DNA of 64,000 nt from Mizuhopecten yessoensis (taxonomy: Eukaryota), in contig NW_018406874.1 of the NCBI RefSeq assembly GCF_002113885.1, positions 207,293 to 271,292 of the forward strand, written 5' to 3'. Positions 13,323-28,479 of this stretch are shown here, piece by piece. How positions within the stretch are numbered: the first letter of the stretch is position 1; each line of letters starts with the position of its first letter. The notes under the pieces were generated by a model. The model worked only from the letters and a program-made list of their open reading frames with translations, made no database searches and was not told the DNA's origin. The position numbers and the translations under genes are program-made.

Positions 13323-15869
13323 ACGGAACATTCCAATTGTCCGCCATCGTTCTTGAGGCAAAGCAATTACGAGGAGACGGAAACCTTGACATATCTTTCC
13401 CGGAAGAAATAATGTTTGGTGCAATGATTTGTTTTCATGACATTTATGAACTGATCTACACATTTTCATATATTATGGTTGAATACGTTATATATCCAAA
13501 TATTGTATAAACGATCAAATTTCAAATTATATTTTATTCATTCTACAGTGTCAAATTGAACTGTAATGAATTTTTCGTGTCTACCTTAGTACTTATAAGG
13601 CAAAGTGATCTAGATGATCCAAATTAATTAACTCCTGCCTGCAATCATTTGTCAGATGAAAGCTCATTTCCATATCACTAACCAGCCACGCGCAGCTGAT
13701 GTGATATTTTTTGGATACGGTCGACAGCTCTGCCCGTTTAACGTGATATATATGTGGTAATGATTACATATGTACATATGTGTCTCCCCACCCTACAAAA
13801 CAAACTTATCTAGGATTAGTCGAACATTGAAAACTTATTTACAATTGAAGAACAGAAGAGGCTTTGTGAAGAGCGCTGCACGTCCATTGACAATTTGCCA
13901 AAAAACAAATGGACGCGTGTGTCTATTGTCAATAATACGTGTTTTTTTATTAACAAATGAAAAGAATGATTGAATGAAGATTTTGTTTATTTTAATGCTT
14001 TGATGCCAGTTCTGGTTACTTATCTTACTTTTATAAGAATGGTAATTTAAACCAAGATCTATTCCTCTTCAAAGCTTTAAAACTGTTTAGAACAATAAAG
14101 TCCTTTTTTCAAATGGCTATACTTGAAGCTGACCGTTGACATAATAACCGGGTAACTAGCTGTAAAGGTAAATGGTAAAAGACCTTAAGATTTATTCTGT
14201 CAGATATAGTATTCAAACTATCAATTACATGTACATCTTTATACAAAATAATGAATAATGAAACAGGTACAAAACTATGTACGTTTAATGAAGTTTTAAA
14301 CAGTAAGATATTTCTATACATAATCCTTAAACACAGCTGTATGTATCTATATTTTTATTCTTCTTTTTTACTTAATGTATATGCTAACATGCTACGATTT
14401 ACACGTTTTAGTGCATGGTAATATACTGTAGTTTCTGTTTTCGCTTTAATTTGCAAAGAGAAATAGAAGGTATAAAAGTGTTTCAGATCATCCTCCTTTC
14501 ATACATATAGCCAGTTAATAACCATGATTATGTATTTAAGTATATAAACTTGTACAAAATATAACATATTTGTGTCCATGATCGTAATATCTATAAGTTG
14601 ATGAGATTAAATAAATAACGGGAGACATGGAGTTATATGATCTAAATATACACTCAATTATTAGGACAGTCTTTACACGCTACCAAACATATGGATATAT
14701 ATGGCAAGTAGTGGAAGTAATGGTGTGCGACTGTTAACAAAGAGAGCTAGAATTATTATATATTACCATAATCTAAAGAAAAATATTATCATAATAAACT
14801 GTATGTTTGACTCCCTCGAGATTTATTTCAGAATATGTAAATACGTCGCTGAGGAAACAGTTGGATGCCTACACACGTATCGGTCGTCTCGTATTTAACA
14901 GACTGATCTCTCCTTTACATATCTTTTAAGAATGTGCTGTTACAGGATTTATATCATTTCACACTCGGCATGTCGGGGGGAGAACAGTCAATGGAAAGTC
15001 ACGTGAAGACAGGCTATAATAGATGTACTCTCCAGATCAAAGACGACGCGCTGGACGCTTCTATTTTCCGAGTCATTAAAACGCCCTCAGATCGTTTTGA
15101 CATTAGAAGCTGGGATGAAGAATGTATCCAACCAATTTCAAAAGCTGGTTTTCTTTTTACCATCGCATCAATCCTTTTAATTGTTAAAAACTAGTTGAGT
15201 TAATCCAAACAGTGGTGTGTGTATCACGTAGCTAAGTCCACCTGGGATAGGGGTTCTTCGTGTTTTCTATTTCCTCTGTTGTGACCGTCTGTCCATGCGT
15301 GACGGAGAGTAAATAAACATATTAGGTTTCGGTAACCTGCTGTTACGACTGGAATACGAGTGTAAATACCCTTTAGGTTGTAATGACTTCACACTGATAA
15401 CCAGAAAATTAAATATTGATTCTGTCTATGAAGTGGTGCTGTCTATTTTAATTTGGTGTCGACCCATCCAACGAAACACACCTGCATCATTCATGCAAGT
15501 GTTCGTCCGTTCTGGCTATTTCCACGCGTCAGTCTTCCTCCCAATGCCTCGCTGATTCCATGGCTATATGGGTATGGTTTTGCGTCACAATGCATCATTT
15601 TGAATTAATCCATTAAGATATATAATAACCTTTTACAACTTTCGGTTAAACTCGTGGTTAATGTCGTTCGGGAGTTTCTTTTATGCAAGTTAAATGAACG
15701 CCAGATATTCGCGTCTGTAAATAACATTGGGTTAAGTTTAGCTTGATTACAAATGTCATTTGTCCTATGTTTTCGTCATATTTATCTCATTCTGACATCG
15801 AAGACAGGTCGATTTCGACAAAGTAAACATTTGCAGACTGATATTATACGATCTTTACTTGTCGTTGTT

Positions 15870-16180
15870 GATTTAAGTTCTGATCATGATTTTCGTAGAT
15901 GTCGACTGCTAACGGACATGTTTACAGCACAGGGTTTCGAGAAATGTAGGTTGATGAAGCTGAATAACAATTTCTTTGATCGCCATTTATGATGTCATAG
16001 GAAAGTAGTCTATACCCTTCTGTGATGATTCATTTATGCTTTCGATTACGCTCCTAAGTGTGTCTTGGTGTTATATTGTCATTACCCGAGGTCTCGATTA
16101 GTGGACTTGACATTGCTGTGACGTAAATTGACGTTGTCAGGTGACGCTGATGAAGCAGAAGACGCTCACTGTTTCGGCCT
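15870..16180 (+). mobile_element. Decayed Penelope-like RT C-terminus and 3' region
   Basis: DFRRCRLLTDMFTAQGFEKCRLMKLNNNFFDRH matches the PLE RT tail DF--R--LLT-KLL-QGY---RL---F-KFYGRH. Confidence 0.6.
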
Positions 16181-17065
16181 TATTCTTCTTATACTGTTTG
16201 AATGGTTTATGTGTAAAGAATTGAATTGCTTTCAACAGGATCGGGACAAATTCCAGAAGCTCACAAGTGCTGAATGTTGAATTTGTGCTATTCCATTTGG
16301 CATCCATTTTAAATAGGTCTGTATGTCTGATATGTTGGGTTTTTTTTGTATTTTTTTATGATTTGGATTTACTAAAAAATCTCTTTTCTTTATCAAATTT
16401 AGCATTGTCTGCAACTAAGATTATATATACAGCCATTTTGAAGGGAGGACCAATGGTGCCAAATGTTACAATTATAGCGTCATCACGGCGATAAGGGCAT
16501 AAATAACTATCATGAATATCATTTGAACTCGGTAGGGCTATATAGCGACCATGCCGTAGAGTGATAAATATTATTTTGCCATAGTTTCGTTGATTTTGAG
16601 TTAGAAATATGATTTTGCTGACACTTCGGTTTGTCTTTCATATTTTTAGCTGGTGATGACATTTGTTTATATGCCTTTTTTTCTGTCAGTGAATATACAT
16701 TATTCGTTTTAAAACATAGCGCTAAATGCTGTCTCTTACCAAGATGACCCAGGTTGGTTGAGTGCATGTCGGTTTTTTAGCCCGACACTGTTACATGTTT
16801 CCAGATGAACTATAAACGGTCTTGGGTTTTTTTCATTATCACATTATTGAGCAGTTAATAGGAAGCACTCTCACGCTGAAATAATTTGAATCATTATATT
16901 TTGGATTTGCAATACGAACTCATTAGCTCAATATCAAAAGAGAAATAATTAAACAAAGACTTTCCTGTTTCCTGTTTTAAGCCATTTAATAAAATAGAAG
17001 GGAAATCACATCAATTTGATTCAGCTTATTAGGGATAATAATTTCAACAAGAAATGTCATTAATT

Positions 17066-17093
17066 ACAACAACAACAACAACAACAACAACAA
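17066..17093. repeat. (CAA)n microsatellite
   Basis: About 9 CAA units read directly. Confidence 0.9.
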
Positions 17094-20000
17094 AAAAAGG
17101 ATAAAAAAAAAGTGAACCAACATATAATCTAGGACTTATTTAGCAGCAATCTAAGCAGTACAAAAAGCGTGGCTTTTTTTTACGTCCGTGCTATTTCCTA
17201 TAACATTTAAAAAGTAGTTTTCGATTGTTAGATTTCAACGAGGAAATCTGACCAGGATGCCCCAAACTAGCAGTCTTGTCTCAGCAGTTGTCTTAGAGAT
17301 ATGGTCCCGTTAATTTTAAAGCATTTTTATAGTGTCTGTTTGCCAGTATAAAGTAAAAATGTCCCAATGCAATATAGAGAGTAGGACATCAAATAAGATA
17401 AGGTGTTAATCAGTTTTGATCAGATAGATTAGGAGCCGGAAATAAAGGCTAATAATCTTCAAAATATGCGGGGAAATGTTTCTATTCGTGTACTGCCACA
17501 AATACACAAGTGAAATAGCTAATTCTTCTTTGTTAGATAACTTAATTGAGTTCTAACGTAGCGGGATACGTGATATGCTGATCAGCCTTGGTATGGGGAC
17601 TACTTTTTTTTGTTTGATATTTTTGTTTCGAATTTTGAAATTGGTATCACAAGTAAAATTGAAATTCAGAACTACTTTGAAATTCACTACAATTTTCTGA
17701 GACAACTACATTAGATTCAGGCCATGATCAAGCGTAGTTATATTGTTGGTACAGCGGTGCCTTATGGTGCAAAGCACTTTTTGCGATATTTGGTCCGATA
17801 TCAATCAAGTCAAACTGACACTGACCTTTTTAATAATTGTATTAATCTGTCTCGAAACAAAATCTTCGGCTTCTGATTTAATTTTACTAGTGCTTATTTC
17901 CAGGTTTGTAGGGGGTGGGGGGATTTTGTGTTTAGTTTTGGAGTTAACTTTTGACAAATATCCCTACGTATCTAGCAAATTTTCTTTCATTGTAAAACAA
18001 TAAATTTAAGAATAAAAGTTTTTTTATGGTAAATTAGTACGTTATGACTCGTATGAAAGCACGCATGATTAAATTTATTGAATGTCAAATTAAGAGAATG
18101 CATTGTTTTGAACTAATGCAACTGGTGCTGCAGACAATAAAAACCTTGACCTATTTCCTGATGGCACTAAACACAAGTCAAATATACAAATACACTCTCT
18201 ATAAGTACTCGCTTAATATTATTTATCAAAGGTCTTGGATATTATTAGGTGCATCTTTTCTTTGTATTTCTCGTGATTATTTTAAATTACCAGGTGTTCG
18301 ACCCTTCTGCCGGACGTTAAGTCGTAGAGAGTAGCCGTTAAACTGTAGCTGGAATTTATCCTAGCAATGTTTACATGACATATTAAAAGCTGTTAAAATG
18401 TAACGTTATAAATAGTTGTATAGCTACCTATCCGATTTCGTTGTAAATCGACAAAAATGCCCTATGGTGCAGTAGACTGTTCACTATGTTAGCTTTCTGT
18501 ATCTGGGAACGTGTGCATATTAAAATCATTCAGTGTTCAATCACCAAAAACCAATGTTTTTTTTATAATACGTAGACTAAGATCAATCGTAACATCACAA
18601 GCAAGCATCAGCGGAAGGTCATAGACTCTAAAACAAATACGTTTTTTTTACTTTTTATATATCTTAAATAAAAAGTATCATTAGATTGATTTCTGTTAAT
18701 TGCATGATATCAAGAAGCCTTTCTTGTTTTTATTTTTATGAAATACGTAGACGCTCGTTGAATGAACATTTTATGTTATATAGGATCATAAGAGGTTCCC
18801 TATATTTCGTGCATCTTCATATATGTGAAATGAAAGAGTGTTTTCACTAATTTCTCATAAAGAAATCAGATGGTCTTTGATGAAATATTTAAATTTAAAT
18901 TTGTTTCTGTTATATTAATTACAGGATGATTTGAATGACTAACGTATTTGATTGACTTTTCTGGTTTAATCATAGAAAAGATAGAAAACAACAAAAGAAT
19001 ATCGCAATGTCAACAACAACGTAATTTGACCTAAATGTATTTTTTATTGTCATTCATGACTGATTGCTAAAGTGATTTTAATTTTTTCAATGTTTGTTAT
19101 GTTTAAAATAAATGTAAATTGCTATTTCAGGTGAAGATCAGAATAAGCTTTATCCAACCTTTAAAGAAGAAAATGTAAAAAGCAAGTTTCTGATGTAAAA
19201 AGTTGTGTATGTTACCTTGTACATGTATGAATACCTATCTTATTCAATATCATTTAATTCTTGTTATGGTGAATTTGGCAGAAGTTTGAACTTTGCGTAT
19301 AAATAGTTTGGCACGAAACCAGGCAATAAACTTTCCATCCTCCAGAATAATAACCTCAGTCAATAATTACATGTTTTGTAATTGTTCATTTGAGTTTGAA
19401 TTTTATCCGCTTTACTAATTTTCCTAACTAATAAGAATGGATCATGCTTAAGACATATTCACAAAAGAAAAATATTGAAAGCACCTGCTCGCTTATTCAT
19501 ATTAATCTTACGTCAAAACGGTTCAAAAATAAGATAATAATTCGATGTTCATTAATCTGCGCTTTCGTTATCAAGGGAGGCTATCGGAGCGTTTTCTACA
19601 TTTGAGGTACTGTCTGCATTACCTGTTACAAACCAGTCTTATTTTTGATGAACAGCCATATGTTGTCATTTACTTTTCCCGAAACTATATCAAAAATAAA
19701 ATTATTTATAATCATTTTTGTTTTCCTTTTACAAATTGAATTTAAGTAAGACAACTGAAGACTATGTGTTAACCAGCAATTGTCATCTTAATAAAACAAA
19801 TTGATATCACCGGAATGTTTGTCAAAACATGGTGCACTGTTAATGCCTTGTGAACGACCCGTTATTGGTACTAATGAATGTGATCTCCTCAAATAGATGA
19901 TTAGTTTATGTTTTAGCTTTTCAATACAATGAATAGGGTCATACAGTGTAAAACGACATTCATCTAAAGACGTTGTTCTTCAAGATGTGTAGAATACAGA

Positions 20001-21727
20001 CTAATAAAATGGCACAAAGCATGTTTGACGTAAAAGAAAACATACCATGACAATGTTGTAAACACGTGAAGAGATTTTCGATCATTCTGATCACAAAATA
20101 AGCTTACTCATTATTTGTTTTGCACAACCTCGTCTAATCCTGTCGTCTTTCTCCTTGTCGGGGCTGTATCACTCATCTCACCAGCGTCAATGGGTGCATA
20201 CCTCGACAAATGATGAATGGCTCCCACAGAATGTACTTTACTGATCAAAAGGGTATTTTTTAAAGTTTATGTGACCTAGGAGTTTTTTTCCACTACTAAA
20301 AATATGATTCTAACGACGTTTCTTAAGATGACAATGAAAAGCGTGCTTTTCAAGCGTTTATGTGCTCCTGATTTTAAGTATGTTTCAAAGGAATCGAAGG
20401 ACTTGAAAAAATCACATGACAAACTGAGAGAAGGAGAGGTTGAGCCTACTTGTGATACTAATGGCCTTTTAATGGAACGGATAAATGTTCGGGCAATCAA
20501 TAGCAAAGCCTGATCTTCAATCATATCTCCAAGGCACTTGCATAAAATTGAAGATGTAACCTATGCTTTTTTTGTTGAATAGTTCATAAGTTAGTTGGCT
20601 AATGCTGACTGATAATAATGAAGAATACACGAAGAAGTTCTTAACAAAACTTTTGCATTAGAATTTCTGATTTTGGTAGAAATGCACACTTCTTTTGTTA
20701 TATCATGGCATATCGTAAATATTATATACAACTTTACATAATCTACATTGCTCTCTGAGTTGATGATATATATACGTTTACTTTTTATGTTTATGACTCA
20801 TGTTTACACATATAAAATGTTTATAAATATATTGTATGATTTCGGTATAATACAGTAAGCACAGCGTGACCTACGTTTAAAACAATGCACTCAGTTTAAC
20901 ATCTGTGTACACATTAAATGAACTATGAAATATATTTGTTTGATTGGTCTAAACAGTAATTAATTTCTATACATGCATAAATAAACAAAAAATTAAAAAG
21001 GAAGTAAACTAAGTTAATTATGATTAGCCGTATTATCTACACAAAAACATCACCATATTTTAAATATTAAGTAGACTTATAGTTGTCAAATTACATAAAC
21101 AGTTTTCCTTTATTGTGTTTTGCCGGTAGAAGTTTCCATACTATCAATAAGGTTCCATTTTCACTTAGATTGAATTCTTTATGTTGCTGACGTAGTTGCA
21201 AAAAGGTCAAATTTGTTTACAATAATTTATCTGGATTCCATAATTGATATTTTTATTCAAATACTTTTGTTTTTACTATGCACTTAGATAACACATAAAA
21301 AACACAACTTTAAATTGAGATATTAAATTGACAAAACATAAATATATAACTATTTGTGAAGTTTAAATAATTCAAAGCATACATCAACTTTTCAGCAGCG
21401 AATTATTTGTCTAATGTATGATACCATGCAATAGGAAAACGAAGCATATTTGACAAATATGCAAAAATAAACAAATATTCACTATCAATCTAATTTAAAA
21501 TTGAGAATATCAATTATATTGCTGTTTGTGATGTGAAACAATTTTACATTACATCCAACAAAATTTGCGTATTCGTTTGTTTGTTTTATATAAAATATGC
21601 TGCCCTTAAAAAAATCATTTTCAAGTGTTAATTTTTTATTTTTTTTTAAATAAAAAAAAATATCTAAATAGAATAAGATTCATGTATGAATGAATAATCA
21701 TTTAGAATGAACAAAGATTTGAATATA

Positions 21728-24700
21728 TTAGGTATGATGTATGAAATGTCAATGTCAATATGCTAGGCATCAGTAATCGATAGAAGTTTATTGTTAGGTA
21801 TGATGTATGAAATGTCCATGTGAATATGCTAGGCATCCGTAACCGATAGAAGTTTATTGTTAGGTATGATGTATGAAAATGTCCATGTGAATATGCTAGG
21901 CATCCGTAATCGATAGAAGTTTATTGTTAGGTATGATGTATGAAATGTCCATGTGAATATGCTAGGCATCAGTAATCGATAGACGTTTATTGTTGTTATG
22001 ATGTATGAAATGTTCATGTGAATATGCTAGGCATCCGTAATCGATAGAAGTTTATTGTTAGGTATGATGAATGAAATGTCCATGTGAATATGCTAGGCAT
22101 CAATAATCGATAGATGTTCACTGTTAGGTATGATGTATGAAATGTCCATGTGAATATGCTAGGCATTAGTAATCGACAGAATTTTATTGTTAGGTATGAT
22201 GTATGAAATATCCATGTGAATATTCTAGGCATCAGTAATCGATAGAAGTTTATCGTTAGGTATGATGGTTGAAATGTCCATGTGAATATGCCAGGCATCA
22301 ATAATCGATAGAAGTTTATTGTTAGGCATGATGTATGAAATGTCCATGTGAATATTCTAGGCATCAGTAATCGATAGAAGTTTAATGTTAGGTATGATGT
22401 ATGAAATGTCCACGTGAATATCCTAGCCATCAGTAATCGATAGCAGTTTATTGTTAGGTATAATGTATGAAATGTCCATGTGAATATGCTAGGCTTCAGT
22501 AATCGATAGCTGTTTATTGTTAGGTATGATGTATGAAAAGTCCATGTGAATATGCTAGGCATCAGTAATCGATAGCGGTTTATTGTTAGGTATGATGTAT
22601 GAAATATCCATGTGAATATGCTAGGCATCAGTAATCGCTAGAAGTTTATTGTTAGGTATGATGTATGAAATGACCATGTGAATATGCTAGGCATCAGTAA
22701 TCGATGGAAGTTTATCGTTAGGTATGATGGTTGAAATGTCCATGTGAATATGCCAGGCATCCGTAATCGATAGCAGTTTATTGTTAGGTATAATGTATGA
22801 AATGTCCATGTGAATATGCTATGCATAAGTAATCGATAGCCGTTTATTGTTAGGTATGATGTATGAAAAGTCCATGTGAATATGCTAGGCATCAGTAATC
22901 GATATCAGTTTATTGTTAGTCATGATGTATGGAATGTCCATGTGAATATGCTAGGCATCCGTAATCGATAGCAGTTTATTGTTTAACACAGTTGGTTGCA
23001 CGTAATATGCTAGGCATCAGTAATCGATAGAAGTTTATCGTTAGGTATGATGGTTGAAATGTCCATGTGAATATGCCAGGCATCAATAATCGATAGAAGT
23101 TTATTGTTAGGCATGATGGTTGAAATGTCCATGTGAATATGCCAGGCATCAATAATCGATAGAAGTTTATTGTTAGGTATAATATGCTAGGCATCAGTAA
23201 TCGATAGAGGATTATTGTTAGGTATGATGTATGAAATGACCATGTGAATATGCTAGGCATCAGTAATCATAATCGATAGATGTTCACTGTTAGGTATGAT
23301 GTATGAAATGTCCACGTGAATATCCTAGCCATCAGTAATCGATAGCAGTTTATTGTTAGGTATAATGTATGAAATGTCCATGTGAATATGCTATGCATAA
23401 GTAATCGATAGCCGTTTATTGTTAGGTATGATGTATGAAATATCCATGTGAATATGCTAGGCATCAGTAATCGCTAGAAGTTTATTGTTAGGTATGATGT
23501 ATGAAAAGTCCATGTGAATATGCTAGGCATCAGTAATCGCTAGAGGTTTATTGTTAGGTATGATGTATGAAAAGTCCATGTGAATATGCTAGGCATCAGT
23601 AATCATAATCGATAGATGTTCACTGTTAGGTATGATGTATGAAATGTCCACGTGAATATCCTAGCCATCAGTAATCGATAGCAGTTTATTGTTAGGTATG
23701 ATGTATGACATGTCCATGTGAATATGCTAGGCATCCGTAATCGATAGCAGTTTATTGTTAGGTATGATGTATGACATGTCCATGTGAATATGCTAGGCAT
23801 CAATAATCGATAAAGTTTATTGTTAGGTATGATGTATGAAATGTCTATGTGAATATGCTAGGCGTCAGTAATCGATAGCAGTTTGTTGTTAGGTATGATG
23901 TATGAAATGTCAATGTGAATATGCTAGGCATCAGTAATCATAATCGATAGATGTTCACTGTTAGGTATGATGTATGAAATGTCCACGTGAATATCCTAGC
24001 CATCAGTAATCGATAGCAGTTTATTGTTAGGTATAATGTATGAAATGTCCATGTGAATATGCTAGGCTTCAGTAATCGATAGCTGTTTATTGTTAGGTAT
24101 GATGTATGAAAAGTCCATGTGAATATGCTAGGCATCAGTAATCGATGGAAGTTTATCGTTAGGTATGATGGTTGAAATGTCCATGTGAATATGCTAGTCA
24201 TCAATAATCGATAGAAGTTTATTGTTAGGCATGATGTATGAAATGTCCATGTGAATATGCTATGCATAAGTAATCGATAGCCGTTTATTGTTAGGTATGA
24301 TGTATGAAATGACCATGTGAATATGCTAGGCATCAGTAATCGCTAGAAGTTTATTGTTAGGTATGATGTATGAAATATCTATGTGAATATGCTAGGCATC
24401 AGTAATCATAATCGATAGATGTTCACTGTTAGGTATGATGTATGAAATGTCCATGTGAATATTCTAGGCATCAGTAATCGATAGAAGTTTATTATTAGGT
24501 ATGATGTATGAAATGTCCATGTGAATATGCCAGGCATCCGTAATCGATAGCAGTTTATTGTTAGGTATGATGTATGACATGTCCATGTGAATATGCTAGG
24601 CATCCGTAATCGATAGAAGTTTATTGTTAGGTTTGATGTATGAAATGTCCATGTGAATATTCTAGGCATCAGTAATCGATAGAAGTTTAATGTTAGGTAT

Positions 24701-25273
24701 GATGTATGAAATGTCCACGTGAATATCCTAGCCATCAGTAATCGATAGCAGTTTATTGTTAGTCATGATGTATGGAATGCCCATGTGAATATGCTAGGCA
24801 TCAGTAATCATAATCGATAGATGTTCACTGTTAGGTATGATGTATGAAATGTCCACGTGAATATCCTAGCCATCAGTAATCGATAGCAGTTTATTGTTAG
24901 TCATGATGTATGAAATGTCAATGTGAATATGCTAGGCATCAGTAATCGATGGAAGTTTATTGTTAGGTATGATGTATGAAAAGTCCATGTGAATATGCTA
25001 GGCATCAGTAATCGATGGAAGTTTATCGTTAGGTATGATGGTTGAAATGTCCATGTGAATATGCTAGTCATCAATAATCGATAGAAGTTTATTGTTAGGC
25101 ATGATGGTTGAAATGTCCATGTGAATATGCCAGGCATCAATAATCGATAGAAGTTTATTGTTAGGTATAATATGCTAGGCATCAGTAATCGATAGAAGTT
25201 TAATGTTAGGTATGATGTATGAAATGTCCATGTGAATATGCTAGGCATCCGTAATCGATAGCAGTTTATTGTT
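21728..25273. repeat. Satellite array, 66 bp unit, ~54 copies, with higher-order variant structure
   Basis: Unit TTTATTGTTAGGTATGATGTATGAAATGTCCATGTGAATATGCTAGGCATCAGTAATCGATAGAAG; 22-aa periodicity in the minus-strand ORFs. Confidence 0.97.
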
Positions 25274-28200
25274 TAACACAGTTGGTTGCACGTTAAATGC
25301 ATTTGATTGAATTCCAAACAATTCCAAACACATGTATTAATTTTTCTGCAACAGGTGCTGAGGATAACGACAACGTAAAGATAGCAAATACAAAGGATAG
25401 TAATTTCTGCTGACATCCTTCAAAGACGTCAGGAATCCAGTGATACACACGTTTCCTGTCAGATTTTGTATTAAGGGGCTAGAAACACGCTTTTTGTAGT
25501 TCGGGTGTACACGATATGCTGACAGTACAATCTGGTCGCAATTTGTCCCTTGTCATTAGTTCTAAAAAGTAGCAGAACGCAGAGTAACATCAGCTATTAA
25601 AGTGAAGGCATCCCTCGGTACACAACACCTGCACTGTAACCAAATACACTGACCAACACAGGTAGGACCACTATGACATGCTACAATGCTGTCTAGAATA
25701 CCACAGCTTCCTATCCACGTGCTACTCAAATTACTATTCGTTGGTATTTTTAATTGAAAATCAGTATAAATCTGACACTTCAATGTTAGAAAACGACTTG
25801 ACAGACTTAAATATGTCACTGATATATTTTATAGAATACCGATTTGTTGAATGTCAACAACTCTATTTAACAAATTTGTTAATTAATTATATTTTTGTAT
25901 CGACACCGGACACGTTAATTTCAATATTTAATGTTACGTGTGTTTTTTGTGCATGTTTATCATTGAAGCAAATCGAACAGTTTCCACAGTAGATCCTTAG
26001 GGACAGCTCAGTCAGCCGTGGGGTGAAGAATTAAATGAAAGCAATTTTATCATGAATATTGTTTTACAATAAATGTCAAACGGCCAGATAGGAAATTAGT
26101 TTGTGTATTTTATACTTCTGACATTTTATGTTCAGCGAAAAAGAGGGCATAATAAAGAGAACATTTACATAGTGGTATTTCAACACGGACAATCACACAG
26201 TCGTGCACCCACTCATCAAAGGCAGTTACCCGCCTTATTTGTTTATTTGATTCGTGCTATGAGAGGTTTCCGTCTACCCCGACAAAATTACAGAGCCTAT
26301 TTTCAACAGCTGGTGTTGATAGAGTGAATTATTATATAAGTGTGTGTTGTTAGAATGAAGAGAGCTTCCGACAGTCATCCGTTATAGAGTAACAGGCATG
26401 AAGTTAACAGCATAGATAATGTTGTCTATTATGAGGCCTGACTTTGAAGTAAGCAAATCTGTTGGTTAGAAAAGTCCAATAATTTGATTGATAGCTACTA
26501 GTTATAGCTTACATCTATTGTTTAAAGGTTATAATGTTATGAAAACGATAACACATGCATATATTAAAAGTGAATTGGTTAAGGGAATACTTAGAAAGCT
26601 CGTGAGTCAACAATTGGATTAACGGGTACATGGCAAGTCATTTCCATACGTTACAAAATTCATTTGTACGCATTGCAATAGTATAATCAAATGTAAAAGT
26701 TTATTCTTTATAAATCCCTTGAAAAATATTATGACAAGTGTTAATAGACCGCTTTGTAGACCTACTTATACGCTGTTTTATCTTGTGTGAGTTTTTTTCT
26801 AAACATATATTTAAAATATTTTTTATAAATTGTTGTTTTCAAATTTGGAAAAAACTAGATCCCAAAAACATAATTTTCTTTGTATTTCTTTTCATATATA
26901 CATGTATCAGTATATGAAAGTAAAATCAGCTTATGATACATGTGCCCTTAGTGATATCATCCTGCCCTTGAACAGTTTATTATCCTTCAATATGTATAGC
27001 GTTATATTAACCTTATTGGAAATACAAGTTAAGCGCACTAGCATATTTACTTACAAAATTGCAAAAAAAAATGCGTTTTGTTCTGTGTTTGAGTCAATGT
27101 ATGCACGACGTTTGCATTTCTTATTTCATTATTCGACTTGTACTAAACTAATTAAGCCATCCTGACGTGTTATGACTAAATAAGCCTTATTGACTATATT
27201 TGCTGTTTGTCAGGGTATCAATCTGTTTAGGATAAGATTATGAATGCAATGGATAAATGACATTTATTATCCTTTTTGTCAGGTTCATATTGAGCGTTAA
27301 TGACAAGTGATAGATCCCGTTGACACTAAACCTGTATCGGAATTCAGATTTTGTTTTTTAGATATATAGACTCTACAACGCGATATGGTATTAGGCTATG
27401 GCTCGTACGAAACAGTACGTACCAATACATTAATGCCTCCTCACCTGGGAACTGTTCAAGTATGGGATTGTTCCAAAGAGTTTAGTACAGTAACTGCAAG
27501 CAGGCCAATGGTATTCTACTACTTGAAACATATAATACATCATACTACTGTTTCCGAAGGGTAAATCTGATAAACATTTACTAATGTACACGTACTTTCA
27601 AATATTATGATGACTCTATTTTCAATAGTGTTAATTGATGGTGACAACATAGTATAATTTCTAAACCAATGTTAACAAACCTGAGTTAATATTCAATAGC
27701 ACCAATCTAAAGAGCAAATGAAAATCCTAGATTTTATCACGTGGTTTACTTAACACTTGCATCCAAAAGATGAGAATACTGAAAAATAAACAAAAACTTA
27801 ATTCGAACTTATAATCGATGAAACTAAAAACATTAACTAAAGAAATACACTGAAACTACAGAAACATCATCAAAAAAAGACGAAGAAGACACCTAGATTA
27901 TCGAAGGGATTGATAAACATGAAAACAAATAGAGGTTTAGAGGTGTGTACCGCCTTGTCAGTGTCCGGGAAACTGAAGGCAAACGTTGGAGGGGCTAGTA
28001 TCCCGAACTAGAATATAATGCTTTTAAGAAAGGTCAACAACTCTGTAAAGGAAACTTGATAAATAAAATTACTTTATTAGCAACTATCATGCTTAATGAA
28101 AATGTACAAAGTTTCATGTAAATCTTTATAGTATTATCGGGGAAATATTTAGGACACATAGTAAACATGTAACGACTGTCTTGCATTCGGATAGGTGTAC

Positions 28201-28479
28201 ATGTACAAATTTTCATAATGATAAAACTTACACTTTGGGAGAGGTAGTCGTGTTATTTTTACCAACAAATGTGGGTATAACTACAAAGAATGAAAAAGAA
28301 ATTACATAGTTAGCAACCACCTTTCATACAGATTTGTAACTTTCATTGAAATCCAAAAGTTCCATTAGAAAAAGAAGTCCCTACTAAGTTGCTACTACAA
28401 AGAGGCAGATTCCAAATTAAAGTATAACCCCGTCCCCCAACGACAGAGTACTGGTAGTTTGGATCAAAACACTCTAATT

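Noticed and set aside
12885-13469. Acidic Ser/Asp-rich or Arg/His-rich ORFs resembling biomineral proteins
   Set aside because: Generated by the 21 bp minisatellite, open on both strands, with no supported gene structure.
18900-20520. Scattered splice-acceptor-like sites and short ORFs suggesting exons of another gene
   Set aside because: No consistent donor/acceptor pairs or recognisable protein; needs RNA-seq.
21829-25248. Many MPSIFTWTFHTSYLT ORFs; CRISPR-like or domain-repeat interpretation
   Set aside because: Head-to-tail 66 bp satellite without unique spacers, frequent stops, eukaryotic context, no cas genes.
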